34,360 bases of DNA from Candidatus Nealsonbacteria bacterium (GTDB lineage Bacteria > Patescibacteriota > Minisyncoccia > Minisyncoccales > GWA2-46-15): assembly GCA_016207115.1 (NCBI GenBank), contig JACQQI010000024.1:1-34360 (forward strand), in the 5' to 3' direction. The notes under the pieces are model-generated. The model made no database searches. It had not been told where the DNA came from and saw only the letters and a list, made by a program, of their open reading frames with translations. Every line of letters begins with the position of its first letter. Positions within the stretch are counted from its first letter, which is position 1. Shown one piece after another: positions 17,782 through 27,364 of the stretch. The position numbers were made by a program, and so were the translations under genes.

Positions 17782-18858
17782 TTAGCGGGTAAAAGGATTC
17801 TTGGCGCCCACGACCTGGAAGTGAACATGGCAACCCGTCGACAAACCGGCGCCAGCCATACCCCTCCCGCCGCCCATGTAAGCGATGATTTGTCCTTGAG
17901 AAACCTCGTCGCCCGGATCGACAATCGCGCTCAAAAGATGACCGTAGAAAGTCACCACGCCGTTGGGGTGCAGAATGGTGATGTGGTTGCCGGCGCCGCC
18001 AAAAGCCCAGCGAGACGTGGAGGTCGTCAGTTTCACTTTTTGAACCCGGCCCGCGGCCGCCGCATAGATAGGCTCGCCGCACTGACCGCGACTAAAATCA
18101 ATGGCGTTGTACCAGTGCAAGCCTTGGGTGACCCGGCAAGGGGCGCCGATGGGACAAATGAAATAGCCGGCGGTCAAGGGTGCCCAGGTTGAGGTCGGTT
18201 TCTTGATGGCTGGAGATGGCAGAAGGCCATGCGGAACGATGACGATGTCGCCGGCAAAAACCTCATTCTCGTTGGTCAGTTCGTTAAAAGCGATGGTTTC
18301 GTTAAGATTCCCCTTGTATTTTTTGACGATGTCGCTCAGGGTGTCGCCCGGGCCAACGACGTACATGACACCCGAAACGGGCAGGATGACCAGTTTTTTA
18401 CCCGCCGAAATTACCGAGTTCTTGTTTAAGTTATTGGCCCAGAGAACCGTTTCTAGAGAAATATTGAACTGTTGGGCAATAGATGAAAGAGTGTCGTTTT
18501 CGGCCACCGTATATTCGATCACGCCACCTCTGCGGCCCTCTAGCTCTTCTTCGGTGCCCGAAAGAGTGGCCAAAACCTGAGGCTTGACGATGCCCGTCGG
18601 CAAAACGGCCTTTAAGCTGTTTTTCTGAATCAGGTAGAAATCCGGCAGCTGGAGAATGCCGGCGGAAGGACCCAGAGCTAAGTAATGGCTGGAATTGTTT
18701 TGAGAAGAAGGTTGGGTCAGGCCGGCCGAAAAGACCGCTTGGCCTACCGGTTCGGGTAAAAACAGTGTTAAAACGAGCAAAAACGCGGCCAGACCCCCTA
18801 AATAAAGCAAGGGGTCCTGACCGGATCCCTGAAATCGATGGATCATTTTTTTCCCCAA
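17782..18858 (-). CDS. LysM x2 + M23 metallopeptidase
   Basis: YTVAENDTLSSIAQQF and YVVGPGDTLSDI LysM repeats; H...D, YGHL, TGCHVHF; alternative start ATG 18846. Confidence 0.92.
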   Translation of the reverse strand: MGKKMIHRFQGSGQDPLLYLGGLAAFLLVLTLFLPEPVGQAVFSAGLTQPSSQNNSSHYLALGPSAGILQLPDFYLIQKNSLKAVLPTGIVKPQVLATLSGTEEELEGRRGGVIEYTVAENDTLSSIAQQFNISLETVLWANNLNKNSVISAGKKLVILPVSGVMYVVGPGDTLSDIVKKYKGNLNETIAFNELTNENEVFAGDIVIVPHGLLPSPAIKKPTSTWAPLTAGYFICPIGAPCRVTQGLHWYNAIDFSRGQCGEPIYAAAAGRVQKVKLTTSTSRWAFGGAGNHITILHPNGVVTFYGHLLSAIVDPGDEVSQGQIIAYMGGGRGMAGAGLSTGCHVHFQVVGAKNPFTR

Positions 18859-18930
18859 TCTTCTAAAATTAGGGATTTTACGGAAAAAAGAAGGGATAAT
18901 ACCGTCTCCTTTACGTAACTAAAGGATACC

Positions 18931-19755
18931 ATGAGAAAATCACCCGGTCAAGGGCAGTCGAGCTTCAGGCCCCAGAAAGGGCTGGGACAGAACTTTCTTC
19001 GGCAGAAAGGCGTTTTAAACCAGATGGTGGTGGTGGCGGAGATCAATAGCCAGGATCTGGTTTTAGAAATCGGGCCAGGCCTGGGCAGCCTGACCCAGGC
19101 GCTGGCCCAAAAGGCGAGGCGGGTGGTCGCCATAGAAAAGGATGGGCGACTCATCCCAATCCTTTCGGAGACCCTGCAAGGTCTGGGCAACGTCGAGATT
19201 ATTCTCGGCGATGCCCTCAAGCTAAACTGGTCGCCTTCAATGTCTAGGGGTCAAAGATACAAGCTCGTCGCCAACCTGCCCTATTATATTACTCAACCAA
19301 TCATCCGGCGGTTCCTCGAAGCCGAAAATCCGCCCGAACTGATGGTCTTGCTGCTGCAGAAGGAGGTGGCTCAGAGAATCTGCGCCCGACCCGGGGAAAT
19401 GAGTCTTCTGGCGGCCTCGGTCCAGTTTTATGCCGAGGCCAAAATCGTCGACTACGTTTCCAAGCGGGTTTTCTGGCCTAAACCAAAAGTTGACGGCGCC
19501 ATCATCAAAATTATAGCCCGCTGCCCCAAGCCGAAAGCCGACGGGGAAATCTTTTTTAAAATCGTTCGGGCCGGCTTCTCCCAACCGCGGAAGCAATTAT
19601 TGAGCAATCTGAGCCGAAAACTCGATCTGCCCCGCGGGACGGTCGAGGCCTGGCTAGCCGAGAATCGGATCTCGGCCCGACAGAGGCCGGCGGACCTCTC
19701 TCTTTCCGATTGGCTGGCCCTGGCCAAGACCTTACCCCAGCCTTTGTTTTCTTGA
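18931..19755 (+). CDS. rsmA: 16S rRNA m6,2A dimethyltransferase
   Basis: LGQNFL, LEIGPGLG, VANLPYYIT, QKEVAQR, FWPKPKVD. Confidence 0.97.
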   Translation: MRKSPGQGQSSFRPQKGLGQNFLRQKGVLNQMVVVAEINSQDLVLEIGPGLGSLTQALAQKARRVVAIEKDGRLIPILSETLQGLGNVEIILGDALKLNWSPSMSRGQRYKLVANLPYYITQPIIRRFLEAENPPELMVLLLQKEVAQRICARPGEMSLLAASVQFYAEAKIVDYVSKRVFWPKPKVDGAIIKIIARCPKPKADGEIFFKIVRAGFSQPRKQLLSNLSRKLDLPRGTVEAWLAENRISARQRPADLSLSDWLALAKTLPQPLFS

Positions 19756-19774
19756 CTCAAGACTTGTGGTAGAA

Positions 19775-19812
19775 TAAGCGAAGCTTAGCCTTTTTACTTT
19801 GTAAAAAGGTAA
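19775..19812 (+). repeat. Repeat family A copy
   Basis: TAAGCGAAGCTTAGCCTTTTTACTTTGTAAAAAGGTAA. Confidence 0.85.
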
Positions 19813-19824
19813 AATAACAAAAAT

Positions 19825-22086
19825 ATGGTTGGAGCTAATCTCAAAAACTTCCCTCGGTGGGTCAAAATTTCTCTGCTCGTTTTGGTTTTCGTCGGCCTGA
19901 GCCTGCCCCTCTATCAGGCCCGGGCTTTCTTGGGTCCGCTGGCCGGATTGATCGCCGCCAACATTTTCGCCTTTGCCCTTCAACTCGTCGTCATCATCAC
20001 CTGGCTGATTTTGCTCGTCTGCTACGCCATTCTCATCTGGGTTTTGAGTCCGGCTTTCATCACTCTGCCCTACACTTCGGGCGGCATCGTCGACATTGGC
20101 TGGCCGATCACCCGCGACCTGGCCAACATGGGTTTTGTCTTCGCCCTCTTGGTCATCGGCGTGGCCACGGCTCTGCGCTATCCGCGGGACGAAGGCTACA
20201 AAGTGAAAAAGGCTCTGCCGAGCCTGATCGGCATCATCCTCCTGGTCAATTTTACCCCGGTCATCACCGGCGTCATCATGGACGCGGCCAACATCGTCAT
20301 GGTCTTTTTCATCCAGGAGGTTTCTGGCTTCCAGTCTTTGATCACCATTCTGGGAAATCAATTCAGCGCCGTGGTTTCTTCTTTCACCAACCTTCAAGGA
20401 ATTCTCACCGGCCAGATCGCCCTGATTGCCCGCAGCCTGGTCCTGATTGGCTTCAATCTGATGACGGCTATGTTCTTACTGCTTTTCGCCGTCATTTTCA
20501 TCATGCGCTACGTGGCCATTTGGATGCTCGTCATCCTCTCGCCCCTGGCCTTCTTTGCCTACGTTCTGCCCGGGACGAGGAAATATTTTACGGCTTGGTG
20601 GAGTCAGTTTCTCCAGTGGGCTTTTGTCGGCGTCACGGCCGCCTTTTTCTTGTACTTGGCCGAGCAGTTGCTCGTGACCATGTCGACGACACCCTTCATC
20701 GCCGCTCCCACCCCGCCGATCGGCATTCTCCAGCCATTGACCGACATTTTTAATACCGTCATGGTCTACGCCGTCATCGAAGCTTTCCTCGCCTTTGGTT
20801 TTTTTGCTTCCTTGTCGAGCGGAGCCGTGGGCGCCGGCGCCGTCATTTCCACGGGCAAGCAATGGTCCACGGCCGCGGCCAAATCTGTGGGCAGCTGGGC
20901 CGGTAAGACCGGTAAGGGCTATGCCCGCAAGGCGCTGGAAGAAAGCGGCATCGCCAAAGGCGCCATGGACATTGCTCAAAGGATGGCGACCATGAAAACG
21001 CCGGGCACGGGCGTGCCGGGCGTCAAGGGCACCTTGCAGCGAGCGGCCGGCGGCGTTTTCGCCGAAGGCATCCGCGTGGTTGGCCGGGGCGGAATGACCT
21101 TCCTCGAATCGGGGCGCAAAGAGGTTGGCGAGGCCGAAGGCGAAGTCGAAAAGGCTTCGGTGGACATGGTCATTTCTAAATTCAGATCGGCCGCCGAATG
21201 GTCAAAGAAAGTCGGTTATCTCAATCGCTTGATCAAAAAGGGAGACCTGGGCGACGCCCTGAAGAAGGGCCTGACCGAAGGGGAGATTAATCAGGCCTTG
21301 GTCCACGCTCAGCGATATGACTCTCACCAGGAGATTCTCAACGCCATGCCTCATCTGCCCGAAGCTCAACAGATTATTAGAAGAGACGCGGCCGTACCTC
21401 GCGTCGCGGCGGCGGCCGCGGCTCTGGCTATTTCTCCTTCGGCCGTCACTCCCGCCCAAATGGCCGCCGTCACTCCCGCCCAAATAGCGGCCGTAACTCC
21501 GGTCCAGGCGGCAACGGCGAGAAGGTCTCTCACCACAACTCAAATTGGAGGAGTTACTCCGGCTCAACTGGGTGACGCTTATAGAGATAATGTTTTCAGA
21601 AAAATGAAGCCGGAGCGAGCCGGCCAGGTCAGTTCTAATATTTTTACTGATCCGATGCTTTCCGAAGCGGCGATCCGCGGGTGGGACGGAAGACACGTTG
21701 GGAAATTTGTCGAAACACAGGGACAAGCAGCCATGCAATCAATTGAAGATACAATTGACAGATTAACTCCGCCGACACCGGTGAATGTCGGACACGTAAG
21801 GGCGGCGGCGGCGGCGTTAGCAACTGGAGCAAGAACCCCGATTGAAATTGTCGCAGTAACGCCAGCAGACATCAGTAAAATAACGCCAGATCAAATCACA
21901 GCCATGATCCCTTCTTTAACCCCCGCTCAAATAGCGGCTGTAAACCTAAATCAGGTGGCAGCCTTAACTCCCGATCAATTATCAAGATCCATAGACAGAA
22001 AATTGTGGTTAGAAACCAACAATCCGCGATTGCGACAATATCTTCAGTCTTCAGTCGCAAGAACCCTAGGATTTACTACCGTCTAA
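19825..22086 (+). CDS. VirB6/TrbL-like polytopic membrane protein with long repetitive C-terminus
   Basis: GWPITRDLAN, LLVNF, RYVAIWMLVILSPLAF...LP...W; Gly/Ala-rich linker; lies upstream of PrgI and VirB4. Confidence 0.72.
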   Translation: MVGANLKNFPRWVKISLLVLVFVGLSLPLYQARAFLGPLAGLIAANIFAFALQLVVIITWLILLVCYAILIWVLSPAFITLPYTSGGIVDIGWPITRDLANMGFVFALLVIGVATALRYPRDEGYKVKKALPSLIGIILLVNFTPVITGVIMDAANIVMVFFIQEVSGFQSLITILGNQFSAVVSSFTNLQGILTGQIALIARSLVLIGFNLMTAMFLLLFAVIFIMRYVAIWMLVILSPLAFFAYVLPGTRKYFTAWWSQFLQWAFVGVTAAFFLYLAEQLLVTMSTTPFIAAPTPPIGILQPLTDIFNTVMVYAVIEAFLAFGFFASLSSGAVGAGAVISTGKQWSTAAAKSVGSWAGKTGKGYARKALEESGIAKGAMDIAQRMATMKTPGTGVPGVKGTLQRAAGGVFAEGIRVVGRGGMTFLESGRKEVGEAEGEVEKASVDMVISKFRSAAEWSKKVGYLNRLIKKGDLGDALKKGLTEGEINQALVHAQRYDSHQEILNAMPHLPEAQQIIRRDAAVPRVAAAAAALAISPSAVTPAQMAAVTPAQIAAVTPVQAATARRSLTTTQIGGVTPAQLGDAYRDNVFRKMKPERAGQVSSNIFTDPMLSEAAIRGWDGRHVGKFVETQGQAAMQSIEDTIDRLTPPTPVNVGHVRAAAAALATGARTPIEIVAVTPADISKITPDQITAMIPSLTPAQIAAVNLNQVAALTPDQLSRSIDRKLWLETNNPRLRQYLQSSVARTLGFTTV
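21441..21512 (+). repeat. 3 x 24-bp in-frame tandem repeat (AVTPAQxA)
   Basis: GGCCGTCACTCCCGCCCAAATGGC / CGCCGTCACTCCCGCCCAAATAGC / GGCCGTAACTCCGGTCCAGGCGGC. Confidence 0.8.
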
Positions 22087-22124
22087 AAGATTTTTCCTCC
22101 TTAGTTTCTAATTTATCTTTTGTG

Positions 22125-22160
22125 CAAAAACCGGCTGGGCTTCCAGTCGGTTTTTGGTTT
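22125..22160. terminator. Bidirectional terminator
   Basis: CAAAAACCGGCTGG-GCTT-CCAGTCGGTTTTTG between convergent genes. Confidence 0.8.
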
Positions 22161-22193
22161 GGTTCAATGGCGACGGTAGTCGCGCCAAGCACA

Positions 22194-22442
22194 TCAACGC
22201 TTAGGCCGATAGTCGTTGAGGTTGACGAGATCACTGACGCGCGCTTCCTCGAGAAGCCACTCTAGTGCTGCACTAGCGGCCACTAGCGTCGGGTATTCGC
22301 CTAGTATGACCCAGTCCGTGGCTGTTATCTGAGCGGTGATACCGCAGCGACCACCAGGCTCATTAACTTCGAACGTCTGGATCGTCAGAGCGCTTCCGAG
22401 ATTGAGGAGAACGCCTCGCTGTGTGCGGACAAACGTAGTCAT
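22194..22442 (-). CDS. Hypothetical small protein
   Basis: Strong SD AAAGGAGG 8 nt before ATG 22442; directly follows the SPFH gene. Confidence 0.7.
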   Translation of the reverse strand: MTTFVRTQRGVLLNLGSALTIQTFEVNEPGGRCGITAQITATDWVILGEYPTLVAASAALEWLLEEARVSDLVNLNDYRPKR

Positions 22443-22457
22443 GGTCATTCCTCCTTT

Positions 22458-23315
22458 CTACGGGGTGGTTTTTCCGCCCGGGCTGATGCCCAAGAGGCCC
22501 AGAGCCGAAATGAACTGGTCAAACCCAGTAGCGCCGTAGACGAGGCGCTTGGACTCGACCGCCTGGAGGAACTTCCAGAGATCCACCGCCAGATTCTTGG
22601 CCTCATCTGGCGTGTACTGGCCAGTCGCTTCCAGTTGTTTTCTCAGCTCATCCACCGTGCCGAAAATGGTAATCGCGCGCTTGGCCGCATCGATCACCGC
22701 GGCATCCTTGGCTTTCTGGGCTTGCAGGGGCAGTTGACGCGCCGCGATGACGTCGGGCGGCAGGTCAACGTCTTCGAGGGGAGCGCGTTTCAGCTCCAAG
22801 CCCTTTTCGGCGAGGAGCGCCACGAGGTCAGCGAGGGCCTGCGGCGAAATCTGGACGGGGAGCTGGGTCAGGAGATCTCCGCGCATCGCCAGGGCCTGGT
22901 CGATTGTCTTGCCATGGAACAAGGGACGGAGAGCGTTTTCGATCATGCTCTCGGCCCACGGCTCCAGATTGGCAACCGTGTAGACCGATCGCCAGACGTC
23001 GGCAGGATTGTCTCTGACGACAATATAAGCTGTCGCCTCGACACTCGAGGTGCCATCTTGAAAATCAATCTTTTCTCCCTTGAAGAGGGGGAGAGATCGT
23101 TCCAGGATCGACACCTTCTTGCCATCGCTGACTCTTTCCAGCCAGTGCAAGACGAACGTCGGCCCTGGTCCCCGGACGCCGACATAGCGACCCAGGCGCT
23201 CGACCACCCAGCGCTCCTGTTGGGGGATCTGCTGGAAGCTATTCCAGAGGTACCAAAGCCCGAAGATGAAAAGCCCGACCGCTACCACCAAGACGAACAG
23301 TAAAGCTGCGAACAT
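22458..23315 (-). CDS. SPFH/band-7 (stomatin/prohibitin-like) membrane protein
   Basis: N-terminal TM, ERWVVERLGRY..VRGPG, DVDLPPDV; SD AAGGAGG. Confidence 0.85.
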   Translation of the reverse strand: MFAALLFVLVVAVGLFIFGLWYLWNSFQQIPQQERWVVERLGRYVGVRGPGPTFVLHWLERVSDGKKVSILERSLPLFKGEKIDFQDGTSSVEATAYIVVRDNPADVWRSVYTVANLEPWAESMIENALRPLFHGKTIDQALAMRGDLLTQLPVQISPQALADLVALLAEKGLELKRAPLEDVDLPPDVIAARQLPLQAQKAKDAAVIDAAKRAITIFGTVDELRKQLEATGQYTPDEAKNLAVDLWKFLQAVESKRLVYGATGFDQFISALGLLGISPGGKTTP

Positions 23316-23390
23316 GTGTGCCTCCTTATCCTTATTGAGTTGACAAGTTGCTTGATTCCGATTGAAGAGAACGCCTCCTCATTGTCCCAA

Positions 23391-23419
23391 ATAATAACAG
23401 GTTTTCTCGTATTTGTCAA
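23391..23419 (-). promoter_or_regulatory. sigma70 promoter of the SPFH cassette
   Basis: TTGACA-N17-TATTAT with an extended TG. Confidence 0.7.
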
Positions 23420-23429
23420 GATCAATGTT

Positions 23430-23459
23430 TTGGCTTGTGATTGAGTTTCGTGATATAAT
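23430..23459 (+). promoter_or_regulatory. sigma70 promoter of the PrgI-VirB4 operon
   Basis: TTGGCT-N18, extended -10 TGaTATAAT. Confidence 0.65.
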
Positions 23460-23490
23460 TAACGAAGTTAACTACTCCAACAACAAAACC

Positions 23491-23937
23491 ATGGCTGACT
23501 ATACCAAAGAGCAATTGTGGAAACTATACGAAAAACTGCCTTCCGATCTGAAGGAAGCGATTTTCTCCGCCGACAACGCCGATCATATCGCGGACATCTG
23601 CCGCCGCAACTCTTTGCCGACAGAATTGAACTCATCCCTGGCTAAAATTGCCGGCGATGTCCTGATGGGTCTTTTGCTGCCGGGAGATTTCCAAGGGACA
23701 ATCGAGAAAGAATTAAAGTTAGAAAAATCCCTGGCCAAGAAAGTCGGCCAAGAAGTCAACCGTCTGATCTTTTTCCCGGTCAAAGACAGTCTGAATCTGC
23801 TCAACAAGATTGAGGCTGGAGCAGAAGAAACGACGACAACCAAGGCGGCTCCGGCGAGGGCAGTAGAAGAGCCGGTGCCCGCGCCCAAAAAAGAAAGAAT
23901 ATCAAAAGCCGATACCTATCGCGAACCAATTGAATAA
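23491..23937 (+). CDS. Hypothetical helical protein
   Basis: ATG 23491 lies downstream of the promoter; LYEKLPSDLKEAIFS...DTYREPIE. Confidence 0.75.
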   Translation: MADYTKEQLWKLYEKLPSDLKEAIFSADNADHIADICRRNSLPTELNSSLAKIAGDVLMGLLLPGDFQGTIEKELKLEKSLAKKVGQEVNRLIFFPVKDSLNLLNKIEAGAEETTTTKAAPARAVEEPVPAPKKERISKADTYREPIE

Positions 23938-23943
23938 AGCTTT

Positions 23944-24372
23944 ATGCGTTTTCAGGTGCCCCAATTCATCGAAAGAGAGACGCGGGTGGCCGGCCCGATC
24001 ACCTTCCGGCAGTTTATCATGCTGGGGATAATGGGCGCCCTGATCGTCCTGCTCTATTTCGCCCTGGTCAAAATCAGTTTCATGGCCTTTATCTTTGTCA
24101 GTACTATCATTTTTGTCGCCACTTTTGCTCTGGCCTTTCTCCGAGTCGGAGGCCGACCGCTGCCCACCGTTCTGGGTAACTTTGTCGGGTTCTTCGTCTC
24201 GCCCAAGGTCTATCTTTGGAAAAAGAAGGAGCTTTCCCCCCGGATCATCTGGAAGAAGGTTGAAGAAAGCGGCCCGGGTCCGGTCCGGCCCAAACAGATC
24301 GTGCCGGAGCTAAAAATGATGGAGAAAAGTCATTTGAGACAGATGTCCACTAACATCGAGACGAAGAGGTAA
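23944..24372 (+). CDS. PrgI-family (VirB3-like) membrane protein
   Basis: FQVPQFIE.E..VAGPITFRQF, two TM, GRP. Confidence 0.85.
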   Translation: MRFQVPQFIERETRVAGPITFRQFIMLGIMGALIVLLYFALVKISFMAFIFVSTIIFVATFALAFLRVGGRPLPTVLGNFVGFFVSPKVYLWKKKELSPRIIWKKVEESGPGPVRPKQIVPELKMMEKSHLRQMSTNIETKR

Positions 24373-24373
24373 T

Positions 24374-25021
24374 ATGCCCAAATCTTCGGCACAAGATTTT
24401 CTCGAGATCGAACAGATCCGTGAGGGGATGATCGTTTTGAAAAGCAAGGGATTGAGAGGCATCATGATGACCTCTTCTTTGAATTTCGCCTTGAAATCAG
24501 AGGAGGAGCAGCAGGCCATCATCTATCAGTTTCAGAGTTTTTTGAATTCTCTGGATTTTTCGATTCAGATCATCGTTCAGTCAAGAAAATTAAACATCAC
24601 CAGCTATCTAGAGAAAATTGAGCAACTGGAGAACGCTCAGACCGTTGAGCTGCTCAAGATGCAAACGGCCAGCTATCACGACTTCATCAAAACCCTGATC
24701 GAGGGCGGCACGATCATGACCAAAACTTTCTTCATCGTCGTACCCTATACCATTCTGGAATCCGAGGGAGCCATGGGATCGGAAAGCGTTCTCAAAATGC
24801 CCAAGATTCCCAATCTGACCGAAGAGCAATTCCAGCGCTGTAAGTCTCAGCTCTGGCAGAGGATGGAATTCCTGGCCCTGGGCTTAAAAAGAATGGGGTT
24901 GCAGGCGATGCCCCTTTCCACCCCGGAATTGATTGAATTCTTTTGGGCCCTGCATCATCCCAAGGAGGCCGAAATCGGTTACTATCCCGAGATTCCGCCC
25001 GAGTTAACCCAAGACCGCTAG
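24374..25021 (+). CDS. VirB4/TraC N-terminal-like T4SS accessory protein
   Basis: NFALKSEEEQ...FLNSLDFSIQI; lies between PrgI and the VirB4 ATPase with 1-nt gaps. Confidence 0.7.
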   Translation: MPKSSAQDFLEIEQIREGMIVLKSKGLRGIMMTSSLNFALKSEEEQQAIIYQFQSFLNSLDFSIQIIVQSRKLNITSYLEKIEQLENAQTVELLKMQTASYHDFIKTLIEGGTIMTKTFFIVVPYTILESEGAMGSESVLKMPKIPNLTEEQFQRCKSQLWQRMEFLALGLKRMGLQAMPLSTPELIEFFWALHHPKEAEIGYYPEIPPELTQDR

Positions 25022-25022
25022 A

Positions 25023-26813
25023 ATGAAAATCCCATTTTTCGGAAAAAGAGAGAGAGAACTGCCGGAAAAAATCTTTGAGGCCGAAACTCTCGACGTCCGA
25101 GATTTTATCGCTCCTTCGTCGATTGAGATCCAGCAGAACTTTTTGAAGGTCGGGGAGAAGCTGGCCAAGTCGTTTTTCGTTTTTTCCTACCCCCGCTATC
25201 TGATGACCGGCTGGTTCTCGCCGGTCATCAATCTGGAAACGCCGATGGACATTTCCTTCTTCATCCACCCGATCGACACCGGCCTGATCTTGAAACAGTT
25301 GAGAAAGCGGGTGACCGAGATCCAGGCAGAATTGATGGAACGCGAAGAAAAAGGTTTGATTAGAGATCCGGTTCTGGAAACCGGCTTCCGCGACTTAGAA
25401 TCCCTCCGCGACGGGTTGCAAACCGCCCAGGAAAAGATCTTTCGCTTTGGACTCTACATCACCATCTACGCCGACTCGGACAAGCAACTGAGAGACACGG
25501 AACTGACTCTCCGCTCCATCATGGAAGGGCGGCTGATCTACGTCAAACCCGCCTTTTTCCAGCAAAAACAGGGCTTCGTTTCTTCTTCTCCCTACGGCCT
25601 GGACCTGATCGAGGTGCACACGCCGATGAACACCAGCCCCTTGTCGAGTGTTTTCCCTTTCATCTCCTTTGATCTGAGTTCCAACGAGGGCGTGCTCTAC
25701 GGCATCAACCGGCACAATAATTCTTTAATTCTCTTCGACCGATTCTCTCTGGAAAATGCCAATCTCTTGGTCTTCGCCAAATCCGGCGCCGGTAAATCGT
25801 ATTTCTGCAAACTGGAAATCTTGCGCTCTCTCATGGCCGGAGTCGACGTCATCGTCATCGATCCGGAAAATGAATACAAGTTCCTGGCCGATTCGGTCGG
25901 CGGATCATTCTTCAACATCTCTCTCGGATCAGAAAACCACATCAATCCTTTTGAGCTGCCTCTGCCTCGGGAAGACGAAAAGCCCGAAGACGTCCTGAGG
26001 TCCAATGTCATCAACTTGGTGGGCCTACTCAGAATCATGCTCGGCGGGCTGACGCCGGAAGAAGACGCCATCATGGATCGCGCCCTGACCGAGACCTACG
26101 CCGCCAAAGACATTCGGCCGCAAACCGATCCGGAGAAATGGCTGGGGAACATCCCCCTGATGTCTGACTTGGAAGAGATTCTACAGACCATGGAAGGAGC
26201 CGATTCCTTGGTCCGCCGCTTACGCAAATTCACCCAAGGTACCTTCGCCAATTTCTTCAACCAACCCAGCAATATTTCTCTGGACAAAAACATGGTCGTT
26301 TTCGGCATCCGGGACATGGAAGACGAGCTGCGACCTATGGCCATGTACGTTGTTATGAGATACATCTGGAATAAAATTCGGTCCGAGCTCAAAAAGAGAA
26401 TGCTCTTGGTGGACGAAGCCTGGTGGATGATGCAGTCCAGCGACGGCGCCTCCTTTCTTTTCGGCGTGGCTAAAAGAGCCCGAAAATACTGGCTGGGCGT
26501 CACGACCATCACCCAAGACGTCGGCGACTTCCTGAAATCAGATTATGGCCTGCCCATCGTCGCCAACTCTTCCCTGCAGCTTTTGCTCAAACAGAGTCCG
26601 GCCGTGCTCGATCAAATCAAGAAGACTTTCAATCTGACCGAGGAAGAAAAAATGCTGTTGCTCGAGGCGGGGATCGGCGAAGGCGTTTTTATCGCCGGCC
26701 AAAAACACGTGGCCATCCGCGTCGTCGCTTCCTACGCCGAAGACCAGATCATCACCACCTCTCCCGAAGAGGTTCTCAAAATTAAAAAAGCGCGCCAGGA
26801 GGCCGCTGAGTAA
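25023..26813 (+). CDS. VirB4-like T4SS ATPase
   Basis: Walker A AKSGAGKS, IDPENEY, Walker B LLVDEAW, RARKY, ITQDV. Confidence 0.92.
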   Translation: MKIPFFGKRERELPEKIFEAETLDVRDFIAPSSIEIQQNFLKVGEKLAKSFFVFSYPRYLMTGWFSPVINLETPMDISFFIHPIDTGLILKQLRKRVTEIQAELMEREEKGLIRDPVLETGFRDLESLRDGLQTAQEKIFRFGLYITIYADSDKQLRDTELTLRSIMEGRLIYVKPAFFQQKQGFVSSSPYGLDLIEVHTPMNTSPLSSVFPFISFDLSSNEGVLYGINRHNNSLILFDRFSLENANLLVFAKSGAGKSYFCKLEILRSLMAGVDVIVIDPENEYKFLADSVGGSFFNISLGSENHINPFELPLPREDEKPEDVLRSNVINLVGLLRIMLGGLTPEEDAIMDRALTETYAAKDIRPQTDPEKWLGNIPLMSDLEEILQTMEGADSLVRRLRKFTQGTFANFFNQPSNISLDKNMVVFGIRDMEDELRPMAMYVVMRYIWNKIRSELKKRMLLVDEAWWMMQSSDGASFLFGVAKRARKYWLGVTTITQDVGDFLKSDYGLPIVANSSLQLLLKQSPAVLDQIKKTFNLTEEEKMLLLEAGIGEGVFIAGQKHVAIRVVASYAEDQIITTSPEEVLKIKKARQEAAE

Positions 26814-26814
26814 T

Positions 26815-27357
26815 ATGCCCGAAGAGCTTGTACCGCAAACAGAAATTGAAGAAGCCGAGGCCGCCGAAGCTGTTTCGGAAACGATCGAGACCTCCGGCGA
26901 GGAGGAAATCAGCGTTGTTGGCGGCGGCCTGTTTAATCTCCTCACTCCGGAGGGCGTAATCATGATGCCGATCGCGATGATTCTCGACTTGGTCGGGATC
27001 ATTTTGATTTTCTTTGCCCTCGACGATTTCGGGATAACCGACATCATCGGCACAATCATCATCGGCGGCTGGCTCTTTTTCCGATCGGGCACGGTGCCGT
27101 CGCTGCCCGAAAGAGCCAAGCAGGAAACGGGTAAAGCCGAAGCCAAAGTTGGTTCGGCCATCTCCACGGCAGAAAAGGCGGCTGGGGGAACCGCAGAAAA
27201 GGCGGCCGAAAAAACAGTTCAGAAAGCGGGCACCCAGGCCGTCAAATCCGGCCGCTGGCTGAAGCCCCTTCTTTGCGGCCTCGGCGAATGGATTCCTTAC
27301 CTCGGCGTCATACCTTTCTGGACCTATCTCGTCTATTCCACACTGACCAGTTCGTAA
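26815..27357 (+). CDS. Hypothetical membrane protein in the T4SS-like operon
   Basis: Acidic N-terminus, TM pair, Ala/Lys-rich linker, EWIPYLGVIPFWT end. Confidence 0.75.
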   Translation: MPEELVPQTEIEEAEAAEAVSETIETSGEEEISVVGGGLFNLLTPEGVIMMPIAMILDLVGIILIFFALDDFGITDIIGTIIIGGWLFFRSGTVPSLPERAKQETGKAEAKVGSAISTAEKAAGGTAEKAAEKTVQKAGTQAVKSGRWLKPLLCGLGEWIPYLGVIPFWTYLVYSTLTSS

Positions 27358-27364
27358 ACAAGTT

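Noticed and set aside
18931-19755. Alternative genetic code (UGA = Gly)
   Set aside because: rsmA ends at TGA at the expected length and conserved genes are not interrupted by TGA.
19857-20753. Long alternate-frame ORF (298 aa) and other shadow ORFs over pnp, hppA, virB4 and the Cys-rich genes
   Set aside because: His/Arg-rich or antisense by-products of codon bias in real genes; no recognisable motifs.
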